The notes under the pieces: model-generated
What the model was told of the DNA's origin: nothing
Database searches by the model: none
The model's input: the letters and a program-made list of their open reading frames with translations, nothing else
In this document: one piece after another, positions 14,547 through 28,874 of the stretch
Layout: each line of letters begins with the position of its first letter
Numbering within the stretch: the first letter of the stretch is position 1
From: Adineta vaga
Taxonomy: Eukaryota; Animalia; Rotifera
Length of the DNA: 64,000 nucleotides
Assembly (NCBI GenBank): GCA_021613535.1
Contig: CP075496.1
Span: 5,518,001-5,582,000, forward strand
Direction: 5' to 3'
Program-made: the position numbers and the translations under genes

Positions 14547-15344
14547 CTATTCTATTGAACTTTTCTTGACACAAGGAGGAGCAGGATCTTCATGGGAAAC
14601 TTTTTCAATAGTAAATCGATTCGAAAATTTACTATTTCGTTTACGTGAACCAGTTATTGAAGGTGCAAATGATTGTTTTCCCGAAACAAGAGATTCCCTT
14701 TCTATATTTGAATTCGATGCAGATGATGTTTCAATTTCTGAATGAACCCGAAGAAGTGATGGTCGATTATTATTCGTTGTACCACCATTTGGACGGCGAA
14801 GTGAAGGAAAACGTTTAGAGAAAAGTTTCGTTGAATCTAAAGCAGATATTACTGATCGATTATCATTTGTTGAGACTGATGTTGGTGATGATAATACACT
14901 ATCATCATTCGCAACATCCGTTCGATGTATATCCGCTAATTTTCGTTTGATTCGATCAATAGTTGCACGATCCGATGTAATTGTTTGATAATATTTTCCA
15001 TGTGTTTCATTTTGTTTTTCACCTGAAGCAAAATAGATTTTCCATAAACGTTCTCGTCGTTCGGGATCTTTTAATTCGTTAAGAATTTGTTTTGTAGTGT
15101 TATCAGCTTGTATATTTCGATAACTAGCAAATGGATTTGTTGATAACGATTGAAGACGCTTTTTTGTTGAAGAATCGGATGAATCGAATAAAAATTGTTG
15201 TTGTATTGTACGTGGACGTACTTGAAGAAAAAGCATCATGGCTAAACCTGTTGAATACCAAATAAGAATAACAGCGATATAAATTGCAGCACCTTGATGA
15301 TCATAAGGTTTGACAATTTCAATAGTTTCTGTAATATTACACAT
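14547..15344 (-). CDS. Uncharacterised 265-aa single-pass membrane protein (single coding exon)
   Basis: A long ORF with genome-typical codon usage. It has an N-terminal NIT sequon, one TM (AAIYIAVILIWYSTGLAMMLFL) and a Ser/Arg-rich cytoplasmic tail. Confidence 0.8.
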   Translation of the reverse strand: MCNITETIEIVKPYDHQGAAIYIAVILIWYSTGLAMMLFLQVRPRTIQQQFLFDSSDSSTKKRLQSLSTNPFASYRNIQADNTTKQILNELKDPERRERLWKIYFASGEKQNETHGKYYQTITSDRATIDRIKRKLADIHRTDVANDDSVLSSPTSVSTNDNRSVISALDSTKLFSKRFPSLRRPNGGTTNNNRPSLLRVHSEIETSSASNSNIERESLVSGKQSFAPSITGSRKRNSKFSNRFTIEKVSHEDPAPPCVKKSSIE

Positions 15345-15546
15345 CGAAAGAGTATTTTACTGGATATTTTACAACGGAAAAATGATGATGGTAGTGTAGA
15401 CAATCGTTTTTCTAATTTGTTATCTGAAATAAGAGAAAAAACCGTGGAGATTAAGATGTTTTATCGTTTGCACCGAAAAAACATAAAAATGTTTTATGAT
15501 ATATAATGTACTTTGATTATCATATGATTAAAGCAATCTGAAAATC

Positions 15547-15571
15547 TATATATATATATATATATATATAT
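15547..15571. repeat. (TA)n microsatellite
   Basis: An uninterrupted TA run. Similar runs occur at ~10792-10813, ~33002-33018 and ~42916-42932. Confidence 0.9.
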
Positions 15572-17271
15572 CTTATGCATTGAAAAGAATTTCATTCAGT
15601 TGAGAGTCTGTTAGAAAAAATATACATGAACCATAAGTACGATAATAGTATCATATGGTGATTTTTATATATTAAAATAAAATAAGTGTCAGTGTATTGT
15701 CGTCAATTTGTCGATTTCCATATGTTATAAAATACCTTTAGTAGAATAAGATGATGAAATAATCTCATATCTGGGATAATGTCTTTTGAACGATGACATA
15801 GTGAATTAAAAATCTATAAATTTTCTCTTACTAGTCAAATTTTTCAGTGGGGATATGTCGGATTTATTTATATATAGACATAGATACTCAAGAAACGGTG
15901 TACTGTTGTTAAATGAATATGTGACTAATCTTTTGAAACGATGATTTACTATATGAGATGATAAACGAAATTGAAAATAGTATCGATACAAACGCATTTA
16001 TCAACGAATTAATATTCTCTAGCGATGACTTCTAAGGTATTTCTAATCACTTTATATTTATTTATTCTTTCTCGAATTTCTAATGCTTCTCATCAATAGA
16101 ATTGACCAATTACCTTGATAAAGAACCTCTCATATCAATAAAACTACGAGTCATTTTCATTAGTGTGAATCATGTCATAAACAAAGATTCCTTTTTTTTT
16201 ATAACTGATGTACAAATATCTTACTTACCTGATAGAATGATAGAAACCAACCTGATCTTTTTTAATTCGCTATCTCTCTCTGTCTCGATCTCATTTTGTT
16301 TCTCTTGTTTTTTGGTTTTCTTCGCACTTTACGACACATCAATAACTGCCATGTAGACAATTGATTTATTGTTCTTTTAGTTTTCGTTTAGAAAAAAAAG
16401 TCGAAGAAAAAGAAGAAGAAGGAAAGATGTCAGTGACTTTTTACATGGAGTCAATTCGTGCATTTCTCTTACTACTTTGCCTGCACGTGCAAGCACCTAT
16501 TCTATGTTATCTCGATCATTTCTCTCCTCGTATTTACACATTAAAACAGAGAATAGGGCGAGAGAGAAAAAAGGTAAGAAATATGTATTCCTTTCCGTTT
16601 TATTTTTTTCATCACCTCACTATTGCTTACATATATTTTATAAATGAAAAACTGAGAGAAAAGAACATATAATTATTTATTCGAATGAAGATATGTTAGT
16701 TATTCTTAGCAGTTTATCGTCAATGACTAGAATCAATAAATAGGAATATGATTACCTTCAGCGTTATATTTTCTGCACAAAATGAAACAGATTCTGATTT
16801 AATGTTGTACATTTACTGGGAGATGTGAAATCAAATGTTACCTTTACTTTTCGCTTTCGCTTTCGATTTCTTCTCATGAATGAAAGAATCAACAGATTTC
16901 ATACGATTATTATAGCCGAGATAATTCGATTATTTATTGATATTACGTGTCCAACAATAGTTCTTTTAACCACAGATCACTGATAGTAAAAGTATCCCTC
17001 GAATACAAAATGATTTTTATGTTTGAAACATTCTGATTTCATCGATCAGATTTAATAGTATTATTAATATTTTGAAAATTGACTACGTGCAAACAAACAA
17101 ATTATTTAACAATAAAGTCGGAAATAATAACAAAAACAAAAGAAATGCATGAGACTTTCATATAACAAAAGAAACCATGATTTGATCATATGGCGTATCA
17201 CGACATAATACTTCTGTCAATAAATTATCAAGAGTGAAAAATGAACTCACAGGAATGAGAAAAAAAACGAC

Positions 17272-18918
17272 TTATCGCATACGATATAGTCCATTTAGTT
17301 TTGAATCGGGATTTCGTACACATTTTGCTTTAGGAAATATATTCCAAAATCGAAGTGTTTCATCACCAGATCCAGTAACAATTGATTCACCATCTGGACT
17401 CATGGCTAAATAAAGAACACGTTGTTGATGACCAAGTAATTTTGCTAATGGTTGCATGGTTGGATATTTCCAAACAACAACATGATTTTGTGGCACACCA
17501 TGTGTTGAAACAAGTTCGTCAGGAGAATTTCTTGACCAAACTAGTTGACATACTTGAGAACCTGTATCATAAATACTTGTTGTTTGACATGTTAATGATG
17601 AACGAAAACGTATATGACGATCAGCTGCACCACCACCAGAAGCTAATAAACCTTGTTGATGTGGTGACCAAGCTATCGCTTTTACAGCAGCGATATGATC
17701 ATTGAAAACATGTAATGGTTGTGATGGCTGATTTTTTGACCAGAGTAATAATTGATTGTCATTACCACCACTAGCCAATATTGATTTTTCTGGTGACCAT
17801 TTCAACCCACAAACTTCTTGTTTATGACCATGAAATGTATGTACAATCGGTTGTTGACGTATATCATGTTCGAGAATAGTTCGATCACGTGAGCCCGAAC
17901 ATAATGACCATTCATTCCAAGCAAGTACACCAACACGATTCGTATGTTTACAAATCGATTGCACTCGTTTTCGAGTTGTTACATCATAGATATGTATATG
18001 ACCACGTTGAGTACCTATTCATTAAAATCAAATTGATAAAGATTCTACATGATTGATAGTTAATGTCTTACCAACTGCTAATATATTCGACCAATCTGAC
18101 CAATTCACTGATGTAACAATATCAGAACCGATAATATTTACTTGATTATTATTTGGTACTGGTAAAGATGTGTGTGTAAGATCACATAACAATTGTACAC
18201 TATTCGTTTGAGCATTATGTAAATAGACACATGAACCCAAAGCTACACTGAGAATATTTGATGGTGACCAGTCGATTAAATTTAAATAGAAATCATCTTG
18301 TAAATCAGGTGCATCTAAGACTTTATAGGGAAGTTCTGCAATGTGTCGAATAGTTTTTTTCGGTGAATAAAGTAAATGAATCGATGCATTTGATATTGGT
18401 GATCGATTAAAATGTTGTTTTGTAATAAGATTAGATTTACATGAAAGATCTTCTCGACGTTCTGAATATCGAAATATTGAACAATTTTCTTTACTTGTCG
18501 ATGATTTTTTTGGTGTTGTTACTGTTTTCATTGTATCAGAGTCGGTATTTTGCATATCAGAAGTCTTCAATATGGAATCAATATTTGTATTTAATAGAGT
18601 ATTCTGTAACAGTTGTTCATAGACAGCTAGATCAGGTTCACTACCTGTGATACCTGTACTAAGACCTATTTCATTTTGTTCATATTTACATTTTTTATTG
18701 GGTGATGTCGTTGTTGATGAACATTGTGTTTTCTGTGGGGAGGAAGATATTGGAGATGTAGAAAATTGATAATGAAGATTTGATGAAGAGAGAGAAGATC
18801 GAAGTGGAATGTATCGATCACTTGTTTTAATAGGTGATTGAATTGGACTTGTGTACGATGATAGAGAATTTTGTCCATTCATTGAGAGAAGTAAACGACG
18901 CTCAAATTGAGCATCCAT
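17272..18918 (-). CDS. FZR1: Fizzy-related/Cdh1 APC/C co-activator (WD40), one intron ~18016-18072
   Basis: C-box DRYIP; PYKVLDAPDLQDDFYLNLIDWS; HKQEVCGLKWS; DTGSQVCQLVWS...ELVSTHG; RVLYLAMSPDGESIVTGSGDETLRFWNIF; C-terminal MR tail. Confidence 0.92.
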
Positions 18919-21672
18919 TTGATTTGATATGATAAAAGAAACGAAATGAATTGAAATAAAAAAGAACCGAAAGAAAAAACAATGACTAGATTACAGATCT
19001 AGAAATGAAACGAAATAAAATAGATGTAAATGTTAATAAAATTGTTTTCATCAATCTAAACCGGTATTGAACGGTGTTGCATGAGTGAGAAAGATTGCTC
19101 ACTGGGTGGTCATTGTTCCCAATACAAAGAACGTTAAGAAGAAAGAATGAGATACTAACCAATATGTGAAATTGGGATAATATTTCGTTTGCAAGATCGA
19201 AAGATACATTTTCTATCATGAATAGTGATGACTGTGACTGAACTCGATTCAAAAAGAAAGAAGATTTCAAGAAAGGCTTTGTTCAAATTTGATAGATGTC
19301 AGTAAATGTCTCAACTAGTCATTACATGTCGATGAAATGAAAGAACAAAAATTGATGTAGACTAAAGTTAGTTTTCATCACAAAATAAGTTTGTGAAAAA
19401 AGATAGTGATGCATAATATGGATATGATATAGAGTCATAACTAACTACATTGAATTTTGTCGTACGGTTACGTATAGTAATAGCCTTGTGTGAATGTCTG
19501 CCTGCTATACATTTGATGAAGTATTGAAAAATGATTCTCAATTGTCTCTATGTTTTCTTCAATCATATAATTAGACAGATATCTATCGAAATATTTTAAT
19601 TCTATTTCGAGTGACAACACTTTATCTAATGAATCAATATAGCCTCAAGGAAATAAAGCTGAATATACTTAGGTGAGCAATGATGCATATATATGACGAA
19701 AAAAATCATTTGAACATATATAATATGACTGATGATCTTGCCCAGAGGGGATGTTTATTCGTCTTGTCATAAACACTAAGAAAGACTAGATAACATTCAT
19801 CTGCTGTCAATAGCTTGATTAAACTCGAGACTTTCACAAAATCCTGTCACTTGATTAGAAGAAAAGCACAACGGTAATCATTGTCTATTCTTTTATGTTT
19901 TGTTTTATTATTATTTAAATTATCTTAAACAACAACAACAACAATATGAAACTTTTCAATTAAAATAGTCTTTTTAGACATTTTTGTTGATTAAAGTTAG
20001 TCGTCTACTAACGATCGGAAAAGGAATTTCCTGTTATTTTTTTATCTCGATATTTGTTTCAGTATAGGACGAATATTATCCCAGTTTCCGTTCGCAAGAT
20101 CATTGTAACACAAAAATGTCACTATTTTTAGATACTGTAGAACATCAGATGATAAAGTCAAAAATAGATATTGAACTCTTTCAATTGTCATAAACTATTA
20201 TATTTAATAATAGTCTAGTTGAGAAAAGCGCAGTATAATCAAAACCTTAATAATATTCATCAATGACGAGAGCATTCATGTTTTAAAAAACAATTCCACT
20301 TCGAAACCATCTGAAGATTGATTTTCAGAAGGTTTATAAGTATGAGTCCAAACAATAATTCATGACTTTTATCGATTGTTTCATTGAAGACTTTGCTGCT
20401 ACTGAATAGAATCAATAGACAATATGATTATTATCAAATCTTTTCATGTCTGAGTAGTATAATGCAAGTGAATATTTAACGAATAACCAAGAAAATGTAA
20501 CAATCAATGATTTGAATTGGACTTCAATGACTTTGCCTTCAATTATTTAGATATATTTATGATATCAGACAGATTATCTTGAACTAGTAACAATGATTTA
20601 CTTAAGTGTCTGGTCTACTTTAAAGTACTTGAATACTTAAAATAATATACTTCATCATATGCTCTGTATTTAACCAGAAGACAATTGTTCAAAACAAACA
20701 AGCTACTAAGATAATATTTGTCTAAACTCTGTGATTCTTTCATTCTTTTTCTCTCTTATACAATGTTAAAGATTCCGAAAAATCATTTCACAGATGATGT
20801 CATCAATAAACTTTCAATACCAAATCATATCAAATTAAGTCTTATGATGGAAAACGATCCATTGAATATTGCCTCAGTTTCGATACCTTCTCAACATTAT
20901 TTATTCATGACTGTTGAGCTTGAATGGTATTTCGAATCATCCTTGGCCAAATCAAGTAGGTCCTGTAGATCTGTTCTTGGTTTTAGTATTTACTTTAAAA
21001 GAACGAAAAAAGAACAGCAGCAAAGCACACGCGCAAACGGCAACAAAAAAGAAAAATGCGTGTATCCCTGTAATAAACAGAAAAACAATTGAATACAATG
21101 AAAAACAAAACAAAACGAAAGAAAAGTCTGATTTGTTTTTTTTTCATATGCATGAGTTAATGTTCTACAGTTAGTGGCAGGACCAAAAAGACCGTATCAA
21201 AAAAAAACGAAAAGAAAAAGAGAACGACAACGAAAATTTGTTACGGTTGTAACGACAACACGTATATTGTCGTCGCAACAATAAAATAGAAAGAAAAACA
21301 ACAACATCAACAAACAGAAAAAAAGAAATCGTAGTTGCAGAAGTGCAACAAAACAGTAGTAACAACAGCGAAAAGAAAGCGAAGAGAAGGAGCGAAATGC
21401 CTATGAAAATTGTTGGATTAATATCTTAACAAACGAGAGAGAGAGAAAAGGCAGTTAGTCTTTCTACACGTACGAATCGTTCTATTTCATTCACCAGGCT
21501 CTCATACATCACACACACTCACACACACACACACACGAAAGAAAAACGATAATAACACTCATGCAAGACTGTTCTAGATTATGTGCGACACGCTTATTTT
21601 TGTTTTAGTAATATCAAAGAAAATGAATGTTCAAATGAGTATAGTGCAAGAATAGAATATATTTTGGGATTC

Positions 21673-23941
21673 TTATTGTTTTGGAAGAGTGGGAAAATCA
21701 TGTGTATCATTTAAATCAGGTGTATTAGGATTGGCATGTGAACGGTTATAACCACCACGCGATCCACGGCCATAATTTCCGTATGGTCGTCGATATTCGC
21801 CACGACCAGATCCTTGTCCTAGGAGATTTCAATACATCTCTATAACTTATATGAGTAATTACTTACTTGAACCACCACGATATGGTCTTTGTTGTTGATC
21901 ATCATACTGATATTCACCAGTCTGTGGAGACGTGGGCGATTGTTGTTGACTTGGTGACTTAGCTAAAAAGAGAAGGAATTGTTCATATAATAAGAATCTG
22001 TAAAAAAAATGACAAATTAGTTACATCTTTGTTGATCATCTCGATATGGTCGATCATCTCGATACGGTCGATCACGGAAACGACCACCACTACTACCACT
22101 GCCACTGCCACGGCGTTGTCCACCTCTGGATCCAAATGGACCACCACGGGGAAATTCAATTGGTTTGAAATGAAGTGGAATTGTAATAAGCTTTTTCTTT
22201 CCACCGATTTGTTCACCATCTTCATCTTCATCTTCTAATAGAAAAGAACAAAATCTTTACAATGAATTATCTATTTTTCCCTAAACTTACGTTCAGCACC
22301 ACTTTCTTCTTCTACTTCTTCATCCGATTCAGCATTACCAGTCTTTTTTCGATATTCATGTTTAAATTGCCAATTTTTTTGATCTTCACCTTCACCTGCA
22401 GTACGGCGATTGAATTGTGGTAGTTTTTCTTGATGTACTCGTTTCTTTTCTTCTAATTGTTTCTTATACTCATCCAATGTTAGTTGCTTCTTTTCAGCTT
22501 CATCTACTTGGTCTGCCCAATTTTTTGCTGTCGGTGCTTCTTGATCTGCTGTTTCATTCTTTTCGCTAGAATTATTGAATATTTATTGCATTTTTTCACA
22601 AAAATAATATCATTCATTCTTACTCAGCTATTAACTGTTGTTCGTCGGGTATTTCAGTAGCATTACCCCAATTATGAGCACCTTCACCATCTTTCTTTTC
22701 AACAGGTTTGACACCGCTAAAGAAAAATGAATGTTTCTATTACTAAACTACAATCAAAATTCGGCTGTATCACTTACGAAGTATATGAACGTTGTTGCCG
22801 ATCATGTTGACGGCGATTATGTCGATAATCTTCTTGATTACCTTCACCACTTTCACGATCATATTGATATTGACGATCTTGCCCGTATGGACGATTACTA
22901 CGAAATGTTCGAGCACGAAAATGTCCACGACCACCACGACGAGCTCCATCTGGTTCAAATGATCGATCTTGTGATGCTGGATCTGTGTCTAATTCTTGAC
23001 TGTCAGTTTTAACTGGTTGAGAACGAGTATTATCGAAACTTGAACTACATAATAAAAGTAAAAGATATTGAAAATTCAGATAGAAAACTTCTTCTGAAAC
23101 TAAGAAAAAGCTATTTGCTAAAGTATTTTCTACATACTCGGTATTTTGTTGCCATTCATTATCTTCTTGTGTTCGTGGTTGCTGTTGTTGTTGAGAGCCT
23201 TCTTCATTGTTTCGATTATTGAAATTACCACGGCCACCACGACCACGACCACGGCCTCGACCTCCATCGTAGTTTCGATTATAAAATATTCCACGTGGAG
23301 TACCTCGACCACGATCGCCACCACCACGTCCACGACCTTGATAACCACCAAATCTTTGATTATTATCTCCTCCTTCACCAACTTCACCGCTCTGTTCAAA
23401 ATTACGAGTATCATAGGATGTTTGTTGTCCTTCAAATCGATTGAAACGTTGTTGTCCACCGCCGCGACCACCACGTCCACCACCTTCATATGGAGGTCGA
23501 TCTTGACCAGCACTACCACCACCTCTTCTAGGGAAACCACGACCACCACCTACAAATATACAGATATCAGAACTATAAATCAATTTGAAGTAAAATTCTT
23601 ATTATTTTACCTCGTCCACTATCAATTCGTGTTTGTTGTTGCTGTTGATTATTATCATTTGATACATTTGACTGTTGTCGTCGTTGGTCATTTATTGTCG
23701 ATTTTCCACTTGAATTTTCTTTATTTGTCTTTGGTGCATTACTACTCACATTTGTTGCAGTAGTTGGTGTTGGTTTTTTACTCGTAGCACTACTAACTGT
23801 TTTCGAATCTTTAGTAGTTTTTTTTGATTTTTCTTCAAGCTGTGTTTGTTTTGCAATATATTCATCTGGATCTTCATCATGATCAACCAAATCTAGGAAA
23901 CGATTTCCTGTATTAATACCATATTCAAAATTGAGCACCAT
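21673..23941 (-). CDS. SERBP1: SERBP1/Vig-family (HABP4/PAI-RBP1) RGG RNA-binding protein
   Basis: N-terminal YGINTGNRFLDL, RGG boxes, RRQHDRQ...SGVKPVEKKDGEGAHNWG, KQLTLDEYK, and C-terminal PDLNDTHDFPTL. Stop at 21673-21675. Confidence 0.9.
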
Positions 23942-24459
23942 TTTCTTTGATTTGAATTATGTGTCACAAATTGAAGAATTGCATCTAAAAGAAGACGAAA
24001 ATAAACAAATAAGTCAACTATTCAGGTTCCGGTAAAATAATCATAGGAGGCTTGTTTCATTTTATAAAGCGAATAAAATAAAATGTTTGTTTTTTATCAT
24101 TTCAGTTTCCTTTTTGTTTTACTTACTATGATTAATAATAATTTGTTGATAGTAATAAATAATCGTACGCACGTACGCTGTTATGAATGGTAAAAAGAAA
24201 AGGAAAAAAAAATGTCGTATCGATAATTTTCTTTAGTAAAAGATGTGTATGTACGTATCGAAAGGACGAATAAGAGAAAGAAAAAATGGATATCGGAAAG
24301 AATTTTGGTGCTTAGCAAAAGACAAACTAACATCGTTAAAGAGGTCATTATGAGTAGGATGATTTCCTTGTAGATAAATAAATTTTAAACATTAATTTTC
24401 TCTTTTACAATTGATTTATTCGTAAGAATTGAAAAAAAAAGAAAAAAAATTGTTTGCTT

Positions 24460-24500
24460 TTTCTAAATGCATTTATTTAGTGGTTCTATGCATTTAGAAA
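24460..24500. repeat. Perfect 13-bp inverted repeat (15-nt spacer) between the divergent SERBP1 and BRSK genes
   Basis: TTTCTAAATGCAT (24460-24472) and ATGCATTTAGAAA (24488-24500). Confidence 0.85.
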
Positions 24501-24775
24501 TAAACATGCGTAACGATTATGGTTGATTCTTCATCCAAGAATTACCAATGTTCTTCAAGCAGAGTAAATTATTAGCGTGTTTGAAGCAGTAAAGAAAAAT
24601 ATAGTTTGACGATGTTTATTATCTATGAGTTAATTATTAGTGATTTATAAAAGAATGATGTTCAATAGCTGATAGATCTTTTGTTCTTGGTTCGTGAGAT
24701 TAATACGTAAGTTTATTTCTATATTTAATGATTATTTACTGAAATTTTATTTATTCTTCGTTGTTCATTCAAGCA

Positions 24776-27700
24776 ATGTCATTTAATGCCAAAACGTCCG
24801 GAACGGCTATACCGCCGCGTACTTCTCAATATGTTGGACCGTATCTTTTACAAAAAACATTAGGCAAAGGTCAAACAGGTATATACATGATTTATATTCT
24901 TAATCATTACATTATTGATGATATGATTTTTGTTGTATATAGGATTGGTCAAACTAGGTGTTCATTATGTTACAGGAGAAAAAGTTGCTATTAAAATAGT
25001 GAATCGTGAAGCATTATCGGAATCTGTTTTATTAAAAGTAAAAAGAAAAATTTCTTAATGAAAAAAAAATAATTTATTTATTGTTTTTTTTTGAAAAGGT
25101 TGAACGTGAAATTGCGATTATGAAATTAATTGAACATCCACATGTTTTACGTATTCATGATGTATATGAAAGTCGAAAATATTTATATCTTATTCTTGAA
25201 CATGTTGCTGGTGGAGAATTATTTGATTATCTTGTTAAAAAAGGTCGATTAACACCAAAAGAAGCCAGAAAATTCTTTCGTCAGATTATATCAGCACTTG
25301 ATTTTTGCCACAGTCATATGATTTGGTATGTATTGTTTTTTATTTGAAATTCAATTTGATTTTGATAAAAAAACGTTTTTTTCGTCTCTTTAGCCATCGT
25401 GATTTAAAGTGAGAATAACAAATATGATCGATATATAGAAATTGTATATTTGAATTTTTAGACCGGAAAATTTATTATTAGATGATAAAATGAATATTCG
25501 TGTAGCAGATTTCGGTATGGCATCATTACAAGTTGAAGGTGGCTTTCTTGAAACTAGTTGTGGTTCACCACATTACGGTAAGTGTAACGCTTCAAACAAT
25601 AAAAGATCATTATTTTTCGTTATCGCATTTGTTTTTTTCTCTAAAGCTTGTCCTGAAGTAATCAAGGTAAGAAGAACTTCAATTATTATATATAGATTTC
25701 ATAATTCAATCAAAAAACATAAACCTAGGGTGAAAAATACGATGGTCGCAAAGCTGATGTCTGGTCGTGCGGCGTTATTTTATATGCATTATTAGTGGTA
25801 CGTTTGACATATAGGTTAAAAGCTTTGCTTTTAAGAATAGTCAATGAATGATATATATATATATCCTGTCAAGGGATTGATTTATTATATTCTTTTTTTT
25901 TGTATTTTTATAGGGTGCATTACCATTTGATGATGATAATCTTCGTCAATTACTTGAAAAAGTTAAAAAAGGAGTTTTTCATATACCACATTTTGTACCT
26001 GCTGATTGTCAACAATTATTACGGGGAATGATTGAAATTGATCCAAGTAAACGATTAACGGTAAATTTAATATATATTGTATTACATATCTTATTTTATA
26101 TTCGTGCTTTCTTCTTGCTTGTTTTATGTATAAATATATATTTGAATATATTTCTTTTTCATAATAAATTATTTTACATTATTTTTCTTATTCCAGTTGG
26201 AAGATGTCAGTCGACATACATGGGTGACACAGTACGTAAAGGGCATATTAAAGTGCTATTGATATTGTCTGTTTATTGTCGTAATGTGATCGTTTGTTAA
26301 TGTTGTCTTTGTGTTTGAATCGTGTAGACAATTCTTAGAATGAGAAAAGTAAAATGATCATTAATGTTTGTTATGGTCCAGCTTCGAATAAGAAAGAAAG
26401 AAAGACGGACAGACAGACATGTTGTTATTGTTCTTCGTTGTCTGTATAGAAACTAATATTTGACAGATGACATTATGATTTTTATCTATTCAGAGGCTCA
26501 AAAACTGACCTTGAATTGGAATTACCAATGGTACAAGTTGTTCAAGTATGCCTTTAAGAGAATAAAAGAAGTTGTTAATTTAATTATCTTTATTGTGATA
26601 GACAACCATCATTCCTAGAGAAGAAGATATTGATAGTGATGTATTTGCAGCAATGGCATCATTAGGTTGTTTTAAAGATCGGCAACGTTTAATTGAGGCA
26701 TTATTAAATTCAAAGTAATGAAATAGAACTTTGTTTATAGAGCAAGAAGCAAGATAAATTCTTTCTTTTCATAGACATAATACAGAGAAAGTCATTTATT
26801 TCCTTTTACTCGATCGAAAATTACGTCAACCGTCTCAAGACGATACAGAAGACACAAAACATCGAAGTCGTTCTGGTTCACGTAAGTGTATTGAGATCGA
26901 TTAAGGTATAGTTTTATTTTCATAAACTATAGCTGATATACCGCAAAAACGTATTGATCGTCAACGTTCAAATGGACAACCACCTAGTTCAACTGGATCT
27001 GGATATCGAACTAATATCACTGGACAATTAACTGAAGGTTCACCATTAGTTTCTCGACGAAAACTTTATTCAAATATCAGGTAAAAATTATTTCTTATTT
27101 CTTTTTTCTTCAAAATAACCTTTTTGTATTGCTCGTTCAGTAATAAAACGGTATCGGCAAATAATACTCCATCTGTCAGTCCATGTTCATCACCTACTAT
27201 TATAAAGAAAGATGTATTTTCTAAAATTACTGCATTTACAACGGGTAAAAGTTCAGTGGAAAATACTGTTCCATCCGTTCCAACTCCTCCATCAACTCAA
27301 TCTCATATTCATCGTCATCATCGTAATACGTCAACTGTTTCTCAGAATGACACTGTTCTTACAACACAACCATCAACACAATCGATTGCTTGTAATAGCG
27401 TTAGTGATCAATCATATACATCGGGCATGAAAGAAACACTAGTCAATAGTTCAAACGCACTTAATAATGGTACAGATACGTACAATTCAACTCGACGACA
27501 TCCTCCACAACCAACTTCAACATCCACATCCACGACATCAGAATCTATGAATATGGAATCATCACCATCAACTCTTTCAAATAATAGCAATTCAAACTCT
27601 TCAATAACATCAAATAACAATCAATGGCGACATAAATTAAATAATTTAAAACAAAGTTTTCAAAATGTTGGTACACCACGATTTCATCGACGACCAAAAA

Positions 27701-28874
27701 TCTTATGTAAATTCATCTGTTTTTATTATCTATCAAATTCTAGTTTGTTTACTTTGTTTTAGTGGCTGAAAGTGATAGTTCCACACCATCGAATTCTTCA
27801 TCTCAATATGGTACAACACCTGAAGCAACGAAAAAATCATTATTTCATCATATTATCGATGCAATGCAAGAGGATCATCATATGATTGTTGTCAAAGATC
27901 GACCATTAGCAGCAATTAAAACAGATCTTATTCATGCATTCTTATCGGTACGTTAGTTTACTCTTTATCATTTCAAGAGAATTCTTTTTGTATTATTAAA
28001 AGACTCCTGATCTCGTACATAATGTTTTATCTGGTACTCAATATCGATGTGAATATCGTCGAGCTGATCGTTCATCAATGTTTCAACGTAATATACGTTT
28101 TCATGTAGAAATTTGTACAGTTAGATCTACTGATCCATCAGTACTGGATAGTTATTATGTTACATTTACATTAATTACTGGTAAGAAACTAGAATAAAAT
28201 ACATTTCATATCGATTTTTCTGTTGCTCGTATTTGTTTCTCTAAAGGACAAGCCAGACGTTTTAAAAAATTATGTGAAGAAATTCAAACATTATTTCTGA
28301 CTAGTAAAGATCGTTTAGCTAAACAACGACGGCGAACAAATGAAATTCGTCCAATAAGTACAAACAATAGTTCAACGACAACAACAACAACTCGTCCAAT
28401 GAGTACAAATAATAGTTCGACAGCAACTCGTCCTAATGCATCGTTTATTTCATCCTTGTTTGGCAATACAAGTTCGTCATGTAATCTCATAAGGAAAAGA
28501 AAACTATACTTTAGTTTATCAGACATCTCTCAGGAGAATTCATCTTTGTCTTATCAGTGATTTCTTATTATATTCTCGAGAGAACAAAACATCAATTTTG
28601 ATTTGGCATATGATGCTCACCAGAGATTAACATATTTCAAACAAATTAATCATTGAAAATTTTTAATTTAGATATTAAAACAAATATTTCTCAACCATCA
28701 CCACCGCCACCACCACCACCACCACAACAACAACAACAATCATCGTCATCATCAGCCTCATCCCTTTCATCAACATCTAATATATCGTTAACTTATCCGC
28801 CGTTAATAATGAACGATGATCCTTCAGCAATAGAATCAAATCGTGTAAAAGTTGCTCATCGTTCTGGAATTTAA
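24776..28874 (+). CDS. BRSK: BR serine/threonine kinase (BRSK1/2, SAD-1), AMPK-related
   Basis: [61 protein letters not shown]...[19 protein letters not shown]-like SLGCFKD...[22 protein letters not shown] and a KA1-like C-terminus. Confidence 0.95.

Noticed and set aside
17272-17280. FZR1 ends in MR rather than IR
   Set aside because: A conservative variant of the IR tail; not remarkable on its own.
23130-23763. Long ORFs rich in Val or Thr (139 aa, 205 aa)
   Set aside because: They are alternative-frame or antisense shadows of the SERBP1 RGG repeats.
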